64,000 bases of DNA, taken from Octopus bimaculoides (Eukaryota). Shown piece by piece: positions 36,520-49,287 of this stretch; the first letter of the stretch is position 1; every line of letters begins with the position of its first letter. The position numbers and the translations under genes are program-made. Location of the stretch: the NCBI RefSeq assembly GCF_001194135.2, contig NC_068981.1, positions 176,714,682 through 176,778,681 on the forward strand, read 5' to 3'. The notes under the pieces are model-generated. The model was not told the DNA's origin and ran no database searches. It was given only the letters and a program-made list of their open reading frames with translations.

Positions 36520-36715
36520 ACACACACACACACACATATATAGAGATATATACGACGGGCTTCTTTCAGTTTCCGTCTACCAAATCCACTCACAAGGCTT
36601 TGGTCGGCCCGAGGCTATAGTAGAAGACACTAGCCCAAGGTGCTACACAGTGGGAATGAGCCCAGAACCACGTGGTTGGTAAGCAAGCTACTTACCACAC
36701 AGCCACTCCTGCGCC
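36263..36715 (-). mobile_element. SINE-A, complete copy
   Basis: Head ggcgcaggagtggctgtgtggtaag, internal (CA)n, tail gactgaaacaagtaaaagag. Confidence 0.9.
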
Positions 36716-38739
36716 TATATGCACCAAATTTTTTTTTAATTCCAAGAACCAGTATATCAGTCAGTAATTTACCAACATTCCCATTTCAACTGATGAAAAT
36801 AATTGCATTTATTATAATAGTTTCTTATAGAGACATGAAAGCTTAGACTTTTATAGGAAGGAAAATGTTAAGCTGTAATAGTTATGCTTTTCCTATTAAC
36901 CTCATCTGCATGCTTGTTCAGTACTCACTACCTTCATTTCTACTCCCATCTCTAATCATCACTTACTCTCCTCTCACACCTTCATACAATTGTTCTCTCA
37001 TCTCCTCACTCCCCCAATCCACTTTTCATTTTCTCTTCTTACTTGCACTTTGAGAGTTTGCTCAGGTATCTCATCATTATTCTTGCTATCTTCTTTCCAG
37101 TTATTCCTATCTACCTTTATGTAATGTGAAGTAGCCATGTATCTCCTCTACAGCAACATACTTGTGCTTATCCCTCTATTATACTTTAGACTTCCAAAAC
37201 CTGGCATAAAGATACCTCTTCCCTCATTTCAATACACCATCCTCCACTCAGTTTTTCTTCTTTTTTTCCTTGTTTTGCAAATTACTTAATGACCTCACTA
37301 GTGCCACTAGTGGCATGTAAAATGCACTCAATACACACCGTCAGGTGTATGCTGGGTTAGGAAGAGTATCAAACCATAGAAACCAAACCAAAGCTGACAT
37401 TGGAGCTCAACACAGTCATGCAGCTCAGCTCATTGGATCCTTTCAAACAGAGCAACTCATGTCAGCAAGGAAAACAGATTGATGATGAGGATGATGATGA
37501 TGATGATGAGGATGATGATGATGATGATGAGGATGATGATGATGCTGATGATGATGATGATGATGAGTATGGGGAGAAAACAAATGAAGTGAGATAATTC
37601 CATAAAAATAGATTGTTTGTGAGCCCAATTATCACATTTGTTTCAATTTTTAGCTGAATATTTTTTGACAATACAGTGTAAGGCATGAATATCATGACTT
37701 CGAGTTGTGTGATATAAAACCATAGCAATGTCATTGATCGTGAAAAGGACATCTAACCGCAAAAATAGAGCATGATCCAAAAACCTTTACAAATGTCAAT
37801 CAAGACTGGAGAAAAAAACTTTAATAAGAAAAAGAATCGGGGTTTCCCCACTACACACATACGCATAAATCAGATATTTTAACTGCTATTATTATTCAAA
37901 GAACAAACTTTTCAAAAGTTAGTATACAAACAAAGACAAAACAAAGAAATGTGTGCCTTGAAAATATTTTTAAAACCATTCTATTGGTTTAGTTGTACTG
38001 TGTGACAATTACCATTTTTTTCGCTCACAAAAGCTCACACACGTTTCTTTCCTTTTGGCTTAATTATCAGAAATCAATAAACATTTTAAAGACATTTCAC
38101 AAAATATCAACAAAAACTATGTAAAAACTTATCTTTATCAATAATTTCTAGAAACGAAGCATACTTTTTTTTTGTTTAATTTTTTTTTTTTAATTCTTTT
38201 ATTTTACCTTCATTACTCAACATCGAAATGGCATTGAGCTGGAGAATTTTTCATTCCAACTCTATTGACCTGCTAACATTTATCAATTTATTTAATTAAG
38301 CAATGTTCCCTCGTATTTTTCTTAATTCAATAAGTTCCAAGAATAAAACTAATTATATGTAACTGAGAAAGAATGTCAATTGTATTGGAATCTGATTACT
38401 GATCCTTGGTGTTTCCAGTATAGCATCGAATGCATAGCTGGCACTGCAACAGAACTTTATCTACAAATGAATCAGCATTGAGTCAATCCTCTTAATATAC
38501 GTTACATCAGAAGAATCTGACAGTGTGTGTGGTGAATAAGAATTACAGGGGAAACACTTGAGGTTTTCTTTTTTTATTTGGTTTTCTTTTGTTTTGCTTT
38601 GTTTGGTTTTGTCTTTTTATTTTGGTAAGGAATTATACATTTTCATTCTTGCACAAAGTTTTGTACATATTGTTCATTTCATGGAAGTTCCTTTTACAGT
38701 ACTCTTCTCCAACAACGTTATTACTATGAACCAACGAAC

Positions 38740-38945
38740 CAGTGATGGCACTTCTGTGTGGTTGAGTGACTTGCTAGAAATAGCAATCAAATCTCCTTCA
38801 AATCACAGTCCGCCATCTCAGAAAAAGAACATATGAGATAATGTGGTCCTGGGTTTCCAGCATATAAGAGACAGGGTGGTCATGACTGGAATGTCATTGA
38901 TCATAGGTCTGCTAAATTAGAGCTGAACAAAAACAACAGCAACTA
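38740..38945 (+). mobile_element. SINE-D
   Basis: Ends gtcatgactggaatgtcattgatcataggtctgct...aacaacagcaac. Confidence 0.6.
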
Positions 38946-39120
38946 CCACAAGAGCATTAGAGAGCCTAGCTAAATACACGACAGTATTTAGTTTAATCCT
39001 TTTTAATTCTGACTTCAAATCCTTTCAGTGGTGGGGGTCATGATGGTCTATCTACACACACACACACATAAATATATATATACATGAAGCAAATAGTGAC
39101 ATGTTGTATCATTGTACCAG

Positions 39121-39240
39121 GTGAAACCAAGAGTATTGGGCCAGGTACTTTTTGAAAAGTCACCTGACGAGACATATCTGCACTGGAGGATGCACCATAA
39201 CCAGTTGTACAGTATCTCACCTGTGAGGGATCAATGCGAG
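39121..39240 (+). CDS. Candidate 120-nt phase-0 coding exon, gene unidentified
   Basis: ttgtatcattgtaccAG acceptor and GAG|GTGGGT donor; GC-richer unique patch; open frame VKPRVLGQVLFEKSPDETYLHWRMHHNQLYSISPVRDQCE. The minus strand is also open here. Confidence 0.42.
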
Positions 39241-39336
39241 GTGGGTCAAAACAATCATTGTGATTAATAAAGTATCTCATGAATTCCTTTTTCTATTTCT
39301 ATCATTCATTATGTGTGTTTGTGTGTAGGGGGGTGT

Positions 39337-39717
39337 AGTCATGGCCAATGCTTGGTGACACATAAAAGGCACCCATGCAGATGACACGTAAAGGGGCATT
39401 CATGCCAGTGGTACATCAGACACCCAGTACCTTCTGTAAAGTGACTGGCACTAGGAAGGACATCCAGCCATAGAGACCAAGCCAAAACAGACATCCAGAG
39501 CCTGGTGCAGCTCTCCAGCTTACCAGCTCCAGTCAAATCATGACCCATGCCAGCNNNNNNNNNNNNNNNNNNNNNNNNNNNNNNNNNNNNNNNNNNNNNN
39601 NNNNNNNNNNNNNNNNNNNNNNNNNNNNNNNNNNNNNNNNNNNNNNNNNNNNNNNNNNNNNNNNNNNNNNNNNNNNNNNNNNNNNNNNNNNNNNNNNNNN
39701 NNNNNNNNGATGATGAA

Positions 39718-39762
<45 letters not shown>

Positions 39763-39792
39763 GATGAAGATGATGATGATGATGATGATGAA

Positions 39793-39827
<35 letters not shown>

Positions 39828-40555
39828 ATGTAACCCTACAGAAATAAAATTTGTACCTTGAGAAAAGAAATATTTTCTTTTTTTTCTTCTCTTCCTATAG
39901 TAATTATATTTGCTTAATTTTATGATGAGTTTCTACTTACCCTTTCTTTTAATAATGAAATAGGTGACATCTAAAAGGGCACTCATGCCAGTGGCACATA
40001 AGAAACTCAGCGGCGAGCTGGCAGAAACGTTAGCACGCCGGGCAAAATGCTTAGCGGTATTTCGTCTGCCGCTACGTTCTGAGTTCAAATTCCGCCGAGG
40101 TCGACTTTGCCTTTCATCCTTTTGGGGTCGATTAAATAAGTACCAGTTATGCACTGGGGTCGATATAATCGACTTAATCTGTTTGTCTGTCCTTGTTTGT
40201 CCGCTCTGTGTGTAGCCCCTTGTAGGTAGTAGTAAAGAAATAACACACATTGTAAAGTGACTGGCGTTAGGAAGGACGTCCAGCCATAGAGACCAAGTCA
40301 AAACAGACATCCAGAGCTTGATGCAGCTCTCCAGCTTACTAGCTGCAGTCAAATCATATAACACAATGCCAGCATGGAAAACAGACATTAAATGATGATG
40401 ACAAAGCGGAGAATTTATATAACCCTAAAATTTATATAACCTAAAATTTGTACCTAGAGAAAAGAAAGATTTTCTTTCTTTTCCTTCCCTTTCTATAGTG
40501 ATTGTACTTGCTTAATTTCATGATTTTTTCCTTTCCCTTTCTTTTAATAATAAAA
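39337..40555 (+). repeat. Old tandem duplication of [RTE-UTR + about 135-bp flank]
   Basis: Unit 1 at about 39337-39960, unit 2 at about 39961-40555; flanks 39825-39959 and 40413-40554 align. Confidence 0.8.
40010..40243 (+). mobile_element. SINE-B nested in the second duplicated RTE-UTR
   Basis: gcggcgagctggcagaaacgttagcacgccggg...aaagaaataa; absent from unit 1. Confidence 0.9.
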
Positions 40556-40950
40556 TATATCGAAGATGGCAAAAGCCCTATAAACGATTGAAACACTTGT
40601 ACAGAACAAACTAAATCATGTTATCATTTGATGTTTCTTCTGTATTCTAAAAGCTCTATAGGAAGCCTGCTTTCATATAAGTATTATTTCTACTCAATCT
40701 AATCTCCTGGCAAGCGAGGAAAACTGCTTTAATGACTAAATGTATTGAATAAAAAGTTGGTGGTTAATTTTCTATTAGAAAAGAAAAATCATTTTTTGCT
40801 CTTTGTGGTTGACAAGGCTATAAATAAAAATTATTTTTAGACTTTTGAACTGTTAAATTCATAAATCTTACCAAGTAGATTATCACAGCAATGATTTTTT
40901 TTTTTGTTTATTTCAAGTAAATATATAATGTGATTAAACTAAATAAAATA

Positions 40951-41003
<53 letters not shown>

Positions 41004-41849
41004 GGTGGTGNNNNNNNNNNNNNNNNNNNNNNNNNNNNNNNNNNNNNNNNNNNNNNNNNNNNNNNNNNNNNNNNNNNNNNNNNNNNNNNNNNNNNNNNNN
41101 NNNNNNNNNNNNNNNNNNNNNNNNNNNNNNNNNNNNNNNNNNNNNNNNNNNNNNNNNNNNNNNNNNNNNNNNNNNNNNNNNNNNNNNNNNNNNNNNNNNN
41201 NNNNNNNNNNNNNNNNNNNNNNNNNNNNNNNNNNNNNNNNNNNNNNNNNNNNNNNNNNNNNNNNNNNNNNNNNNNNNNNNNNNNNNNNNNNNNNNNNNNN
41301 NNNNNNNNNNNNNNNNNNNNNNNNNNNNNNNNNNNNNNNNNNNNNNNNNNNNNNNNNNNNNGGTGGTGGTGGTGGTGGTGGCGGCGGCAGCCGTGGTGGT
41401 GATGGCGGCAGCGGCGGTGGAGGTGATGATGGTAGTGGCAGTGATGGGGGGATGATGGTGGCAGCATTGGTGATGGTAGTAGTGGTGGTGGTTGTAGCTG
41501 TGACATTAATATTTTCTCACATGGCTCATACAAATAATTCTTTCTACAATAGGCACAAAGCCTGAAATTGAGTACTTATTTCATTAACCCTGAAAGGATT
41601 AAAGGCAAAGTCAACCTTGGCAGAATTTGAACTCAGAACATAAAGATGGACAAAATACCACTAAGCATTTTGCTCTGCATACCAGCAATTCTGCCAGCTT
41701 AATACTTTATTACTAAGTGGCTGTGTGGTAAGAAGCTTACTTCCCAACCACATGGTTCCAGGTTCAGTCCCACTGTGTGGCACCTTGGGCTAATGTCTAG
41801 CAAAGCCTTGTGAGTGGATTTGGGAGACAGAAACTAAAAGAAGCCCATT

Positions 41850-42115
41850 CATCATCATCATCATCATCACCGTTTAACGTCCGCTTTCCATGCTAGCATG
41901 GGTTGGACGATTTGACTGAGGACTGGTGAAACCGGATGGCAACACCAGGCTCCAATCTAATTTGGCAGAGTTTCTACAGCTGGATGCCCTTCCTAACGCC
42001 AACCACTCAGAGAGTGTAGCGGGTGCTTTTACGTGTCACCCGCACGAAAACGGCCACGCTCGAAATGGTGTCTTTTATGTGCCACCCACACAAGCCAGTC
42101 CAGGGGCACTGGCAA

Positions 42116-42159
<44 letters not shown>

Positions 42160-42712
42160 TCGTCATCATCATCGTTTAACGTCCGTTTTTCATTCTGGCA
42201 TGGGTTGGATGGTTTGACTGAGGTCTGGAGATCCAGCGACTGCACCAGGCTCCAATCTGATCTGACAATGTTTCTACAACTGGATGCCCTTCCTAATGCC
42301 AACCAGTCTGAGAGTATAGGGAGTGCTTTTTATGTGCCATCGGCACAGGAGCCAGTCAGGTGGTCCTGACATTGATCACGTTTGGATAGCGCTTTTTACA
42401 TGCCACTAGCATGGGAGCCAGTCAGTGGGTACTGGCATTAGCCATGTTCGAATGGTGCTTTTTATGTGCCACTGGCAAGGGAGCCAATCAGAGGGCACTG
42501 GCCACAGCTACGATTTTGGTTTTACTTGACTCAACAGGTCTTCTCAAGCATATCATATTGCCCGCACATCGGGAGTACTCTTCAATAGGCTGGACATACA
42601 ACACTGGCATTGGCCATGGCTGTGAGCTCACTTTAGTTGCCAGGTCTTCTCAATCACTGCATATCTCCAAAGGTCTGGGTCTCCAGTCATTGCCCCTGTG
42701 AGAATCAATGTT
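41850..42712 (-). mobile_element. Two RTE-UTR copies in tandem (41850-42117 younger; 42157-42712 older, reaching the ORF2 C-terminus)
   Basis: Both start with (CAT)n on the plus strand; 42620-42712 aligns with 62040-62130. Confidence 0.8.
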
Positions 42713-43044
42713 CAAAAGAGACTGGTAGAATAAGCACTAGGTTTTAAAAAACAAATTACTGGAGTCGATTCATTTGACTAGAACTCTTCAAGACGGTGCC
42801 TTCTACAGCATTATTTAAGATATACAGAATGCTATATATAATTTGGTTTTACAAATGGGAAGAATAGAACCCTACACATAAAACAGACTGTATATATACA
42901 TGTATTATTTATTAGCTGTGGTGCTATGAAAGTATCTTAGGGGCTGAGAGTTTTGTGTAAAGTTCTTTTGCATGAAAACTTAAGCCTCTAAGTTTCATGT
43001 AGCTTCACAAATAATTTTTAAAAATACACACACATGATCAATCG

Positions 43045-43142
43045 ATAGAGAGATAGATAGACAGATGGATGGATGGATGGATGGATGGATGGATGGATGG
43101 ATGGATAGATAGATAGACAGACAGACAGATAGACAGACAGAC

Positions 43143-43189
<47 letters not shown>

Positions 43190-43198
43190 TAGATAAAT

Positions 43199-43244
<46 letters not shown>

Positions 43245-43250
43245 CACTAC
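43045..43250. repeat. Compound (GGAT)n/(GATA)n/(GACA)n array
   Basis: Seen directly. Confidence 0.95.
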
Positions 43251-43550
43251 ACACAGACATAGATACAAATATTTGTGTATTAAATGAAATTATACTTTTT
43301 TCCCATCACAAAATACTGAAAAGAAATTATTACGGATAATTCTGACTTCCCAGACATTGATGGTTTGGAACCTTTTACATTCTGCACTAATTTACAAGCA
43401 GGAAATTCAAATTATTGCAGCCACCAGACTAGTTTAATGGTAACTTGCATAGTACAATATTAATAAACTGGTATCATTTATACTAGTGTACAGGCACCTG
43501 TATTTCATTAAATTATTTGAGTAAATTTAATATGTGAATAAAATTTAATA

Positions 43551-43712
43551 AATATGTCAAAGCCGACAGAAAGCAGTGCAGCTTCCTAGGTCTAACCAAC
43601 AGTAGTATTATTCCCTTCAGGGGACTGTCACATTAAGTTGACAGCATACAACTACTTTATCGTATCACTACTGCACAAATCCCTCTGAGAGATTTAGAAA
43701 TGTATTATTTCT
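43551..43712 (+). mobile_element. 5'-truncated copy of putative Penelope-like family 2
   Basis: Aligns to 52391-52499 and to the reverse complement of 52078-52240; shares the 3' end gagatttagaaat.tattatttct; flanked by aaatttaata at 43541-43550 and 43713-43722; no poly(A) tail. Confidence 0.65.
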
Positions 43713-45315
43713 AAATTTAATATTTGTTTGACTTAGAATGTGTTGACCAAAGTAATCACCCTGGTTCAGAAAAATCAGTTATCCAGAAAGGCTTTGGAAG
43801 CAAAGATTCTGAAAAATCAATGTTTTATTTGCATTTAAACAATTTTGTTTCAACTGCAAATGTTATTTCATCTGTGAGTTGGATATTTCGCCAAATTAGA
43901 GGGCACCATCTTATACAGAGGTGTTGTCTTTTTAAATCTCATCGTTTAAGATTTGGATAAATGTCTTGGACTTACACGACTGAATCTAAATGACTATTAT
44001 TTGCATGTTTCATAGAAATTATCATAATTGTGATCTTTCTTTCACTCAAACTTTTATCTAATGCATGTAAAGTTTGATTTAGATCTGTCATTTCTTTTGA
44101 AATGACGTCTGTTCATTTGTCTCATGTTGCCGAATTAATGTCACTATTTGCATAGTTTACACGAAACAAACTAATGCGCTACTCACTATTTAATCATGAA
44201 AATTATCGGAAAACTCGCAGCAATGAAAACAAAGGACAAATTTCAAATAAATCAGTGACTAAGACGGTTATTATAAAACTATATCCTGTCAAATTATTCA
44301 GAATCAAAACTTCAACTTATGCATACCTGAAACAACCCAAACAATTCTGGCGAGTGTTTTATTTCTCTGTTTCCTTTACATTAACAAACAGACACTCGTT
44401 TCTAAATATTCATGTATGTACATTTTTGTTTCTATCCAGACATATTATATCTATAGATGTATTTACTATAACAGTGGGTGGAGTAGAATACGTAATGTTA
44501 TGGTGTCTTTGTTATGTCTCTTTGACTTCAAGTGGCCTTTAAGGTAACTACTTCACGCACCTTTGCATAGCATCAAAGGAAAGATTATTACATTGAATAA
44601 GAATCATTTTGTGATCACCTTCACTGACTGTAAATGGGATTGAAATACAGCTCATCCCTTAAAACCTACGTAACACAAAATGGCCTAATTTTCTTGAAAT
44701 TCTATCTTTCGTTAATGTGTTATCAGGAGCTAATTCATATTTAATTCAAAAGAGTATCCTGTTTCTAAATATCCATGCTGAATGTTGAAATACGTGGGTC
44801 TATTCATCCACCATTCAATGACTACTGAAAAATTGAATTATGAGAGAAATAATTTGTGTATTTAGGACAGTTTTATGACTTGTTACTTACAGTTAGGTGC
44901 ATTTTTAGCATTCTCCTATACAATAGACTCAGAAATTATTTAGTGCATCAAAAACTAATTTCTGCTGATCTACATCATAGGTTTTTAGAATCTGCTCACT
45001 TTGGGGGGTGGGGCATTTCTGTAAATTTTCAGTTTTCGTTTTCTTATGAAAATTCTTTTCAGACTAAATATCAATGTTTATGTTTCTTAAAAATCATGCA
45101 AATTAAAAAAATTATCACTAAAAAATAAAACCTTTAAAAAAATACAGAAAAGAAGAGAAGGTAACCTGCTCCTCCACCCTAATCTGTAACCTCCGCAACT
45201 ACAATGCTTTAGAATATACATACCCAAACAAATTATAGCATTTGGCACACTAAATCATTTCCAAGTCTATTCTATCATAATGTCGCATTTTTCTTCTATA
45301 AACATGTTAAAATTT

Positions 45316-45485
45316 GGCCTTTGTGCCGGTGGCACATAAAAGCACCCAGGAAGGGCATCCAGCTGTAGAAACTCTGCCAAATCAGATTGGAGCCTGGTGT
45401 AGCAATCTGGTTCACCAGTCCTCAGTCAAATTGTCCAACCCATGCTAGCATGGAAAGCGGAAGTTAAACAATGATGATGATGATG
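45316..45485 (+). mobile_element. RTE-UTR copy with an internal deletion
   Basis: aaaagcaccc joined directly to aggaagggcatcc; (GAT)n tail. Confidence 0.8.
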
Positions 45486-45600
45486 TTAAAGGAATGTATT
45501 AGTTTGATGCTCAGTGAAAAGAGAAAGTTTGTTATTTCGAGCATAGCTCTTCATCAGAAAGGAGAAAAGGAAAAGTCCAAAATAGGGAAAAAAAATAGCC
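45486..45600 (-). mobile_element. Degraded Penelope-like family 1 fragment with a hammerhead-ribozyme relic
   Basis: Minus strand CTGATGA-A-GAGC-tat-GCTC-GAAA at 45557-45535; flanks on both sides align to 57320-57425. Confidence 0.7.
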
Positions 45601-47371
45601 AACAGCACATGTGCAGCTGATCTCAAAAACATTGAAAATCATTGTCCTGCTGTCTTCAAAATAAAACGATATATTGGATTTTATTTCTAAATGGACAGAA
45701 CTATTAGAGTGCTGTGGTATTTCTTCCAACTCTTTACGTTTTGAGTTCAAATCTTGCCATGGTCAACTTTGCCTTTCTTCATTTTGGCATCTATAAAATA
45801 TAGTTCTAGACTAGAAGTAGAGTCGATGGTAGTGAAAAAACTACTTCATCAAATTTCAAGTTCTGTGCCTGAGTTAGAAACAATCATATATTGGAAAATG
45901 TTTGTATTACAGAGAATTATGATTTCGAAAGAAGTGGACTTACAGAATAGCTGTCACACATAAATCGGAATTTCTCCTGCTTCCCCACTACCCAAGATTT
46001 ATCCACATTCTGTAGCATCCCACATTTCAAAATACTGCTGGGTGGATTACTTATTAAGGAAATTTTTTTCCCTAAATCCTTGTTTTTCAAACCTATCACT
46101 CTTTCCATTGTGCCTTCAAACAACAACAACAACCACTAGAATGATTTTTTTTTTCATCTCCATTATTTTTCGATATGTTATAGTATTCCATATTTTGAAG
46201 CATCTGTAATCTGCATTTTTTAGAGAAAAAATTTCATAACCCTCCCCACTCCTTCTTCATGTTTTTCACAAATAAAATCCTGAAAAAAATTAAATATAAT
46301 AAAAAAAAAAAAAACGGAGAAATTCCGGTTTATGTGTGACAGCTATTCCCAAAGTCTGCTCTCAAAGAATTTTTTCCCAAAAAATTTCAATGTTTTTATA
46401 TTTACCACCCACCTCACCACCAATTCCGTGCCCTTTTCTTCCCCTGTGAAATAATAATAGTTATTCCAAAACACTACCATTTGTCATAATGCTTTGCTTT
46501 TCTTTTTTGAAGTTAATGGTTCCTAGGTTGGTTTCAATGGTGTATATTCAACATACATACATGTGTGCCCTTGCCAACTTTGTTTCCTCATATCTTTTAA
46601 TGAATTTTTTTGCAGTATTCAACTGATACTTTATTTTATTTTATCAACCCCCAAAGATTAAAGACAAAACCGATCGTATTTGCACTCAGAATGTTAAAAG
46701 CCAGAAGGAAATACTACTGAACACTTTGTCCAACGCACTAATGATTCCTCCAGCTGACTGCTGTGTTAATGATTTCAAATTTTGACACAATGCCAGCAAT
46801 TTTAGTAGGATGCATAAGCCAATACCATCATCACTGGTACTTTATTTTGTTGTCCCTGAAAGAACGAAAGGCAAAGTTAACCTTGACAGAAGAAACACTA
46901 CTAAACATTTTGTCTGGTATGCTAATGACTCTGCCAGCTTACTTCCTCAAATTATAATAATAACAACAATAAATACACATCTTGGTAGTTAAGGATGTTG
47001 TAGCGAATGCCAAATGCTTATTCAGTAAAATTTAAGCCAAAAGAATTCTAATGATAGTTCAGTTAGTAAATCAATGCATCCTAGTCCAAAATCATGACAT
47101 CGATTTGAAATTTTGCATTTTGGTACTTATATTTCAACCTATGAGACTACCATATTTGACAGCTTGTGAGCCACACTTAAAAAAAAACGGAGAGAAATTA
47201 TGTCCCAGAAAATTCATTCCATACTCTTTATAAAAGTACAAAAAAAAAAAAAAAGAAAACAGAGAGCAGATATAAATACTGAAAATAATTGACTGGCCCC
47301 TTCATCTAAAATATCTGGCCTTGTGCATATAGTAGAAGGAATTATTATTGTTAGTATTACTTTTATTATTA

Positions 47372-47598
47372 AAGGTGGCAAACTGACAGAATCATTAGCA
47401 TGCCAGGCAAAATGCCAATTAGTATTTTACCCTTCCTTACGTTCTGAGTTCAAATTCTGCCAAGGTTGACTTTGCCTTTCATCCTTTTAGGGTCAATAAA
47501 TTAAGTACCAGACAAGCACTGGGGTCAATGTAACTGACCTAACCCTTCCCCTTAAAATTAGGCCTTGTGTCTATAACAGAAAGGATTATTATTATTAC

Positions 47599-47640
<42 letters not shown>
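47372..47640 (+). mobile_element. Old SINE-B subfamily copy with an (ATT)n tail (minus-strand relics at 41530-41705 and 46620-46950)
   Basis: gagttcaaattctgccaaggttgactttgcctttcatcctttt core. Confidence 0.8.
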
Positions 47641-49287
47641 TTGTGTAGTTATGAACATGAGAGGCTGCAAATAATTATACATACAATCAACTAATCAGCC
47701 ATTTTGTTTGTTCATGTAAATCGCAAACAACAGAGGGACAATTATTTTCACTTTATAAGAGTGGAATGTTTAATGTGGAAGATTTGATTTCAGTCAATAT
47801 TTATGAAAGATATTTTCTCATTAAATCAATCAAATGCCAAAATAGTAATATTTCTTGAAAAAGAAATGTTGTTTTTTATATAGTTTTTCCCCCAAATTAA
47901 GGAAATAAAGTTCAATAGTTTGAAGAAAATGTCTCTAATTGAGTGAGTAGTTTATATTTTTCATTTCTTTTCCTTTGTTTCAAAATGAAAAAAAAAAATG
48001 TAATAAAGAAAAAATACTTGGCAGAAAGCCACCTGACTGATTGACATGGAGTTACAATCACTTACCAGTACACTTCTACCTCTAACCCACATACATTTGC
48101 TCTCTTCACTCCGTGGAGCTAAATGATCGTGTATAATTTCCACCCAATACACTTGTCTCTCCTCTTGTCACACATATTGTCTCCCCTCCCACTTCCTAGC
48201 ATTACCTGACCATTTTTTTGTAATCCTTTCTCCATAGAGCATCAGTCGTCTGGAATTCCCTCCTTATCTATGTCTTTTTTTTTTTTCGTGCTATTATTGA
48301 CTTGCTGTTGTTCAAGATGAACACCGACATCATCAATGTCTTGTGAAGGTCACGAATGCAGTCATTTCTCCTTGATTAAACATTAAAAATAAAAATAAAA
48401 CCTCTCCAAGTTATAATTTCTCACTGACTTAGCTTTGAAAAAGCAAAAGTAATTTTCTAAAAATATTACAAAGAAATAAATGAATAATATTCAATATATA
48501 ATGGTGAAAATGTGTGTAGACAGATGCATTTAACAGTTTCATAAATACAAATACATTAACTTAAAATCATGCTTAAATGCAAGCTGAAAATATTGTTATA
48601 TAAACACTTGGGATTGATATTTTAATATCATCTTCAAAAAAAATTTCTTCAGAATTCTGTAAAATAACCTTTTACTTTTTATTAAATTCAGATTTTCTTC
48701 TGTTAGAAAATATTGCTAAATATTATCCTGTGACTCAATATACAGAAGAAAATGTAAGTGAATATAAATATTTTGGAAATGCTTTTTAAAAGTAAAATTT
48801 GTAATAAATGAAATTTTTAGAGAGTTTCTTCCTAAAATAACATTGATCAGTTGTTTTCTGTGAATTTGTGCTGTGTGATGTGTTAGAAACATTGTACAGT
48901 AATGTACCTTGGACAGGAGACAATGAAGGTTTCTGAAAGGTTAGTGATAAACAAGATGAATTATAATCCTTGGTGTGTGAGGAAATTTCACAAAATATAT
49001 TACTTCTTACTCCAGAGAAAATTTTGGTAGAATGAACATGAAATAAGAATGAATGATGAGAAGTAGGCCAAGAAGTGTCTTTAGATGGTGGATAGACATG
49101 GGTATCCATCAATGATGGATTATCATTGAAAGAGAGGTGGGCTAAACAAAACTTAAAATGAATTGGTGAAGATTAACATAGCAATAAATTACTGGCACAT
49201 TAAGTGTTTTGTTTCAATGCTATACTGGATGTATTCAACAGATGTAAACACTTTGTCATTATGTGCTATATACTCATGGACAAGCTT

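Noticed and set aside
36640-36715. tRNA genes at SINE heads
   Set aside because: A/B-box-like motifs only; no cloverleaf evident, and each continues into a SINE body.
40560-40610. gaagatgg...GAAACACTTGTA, a possible third hammerhead relic (similarly tcttgtgaaggtcacgaatgcagtca near 48342)
   Set aside because: The core box is broken and stem II cannot be closed; too degenerate to support.
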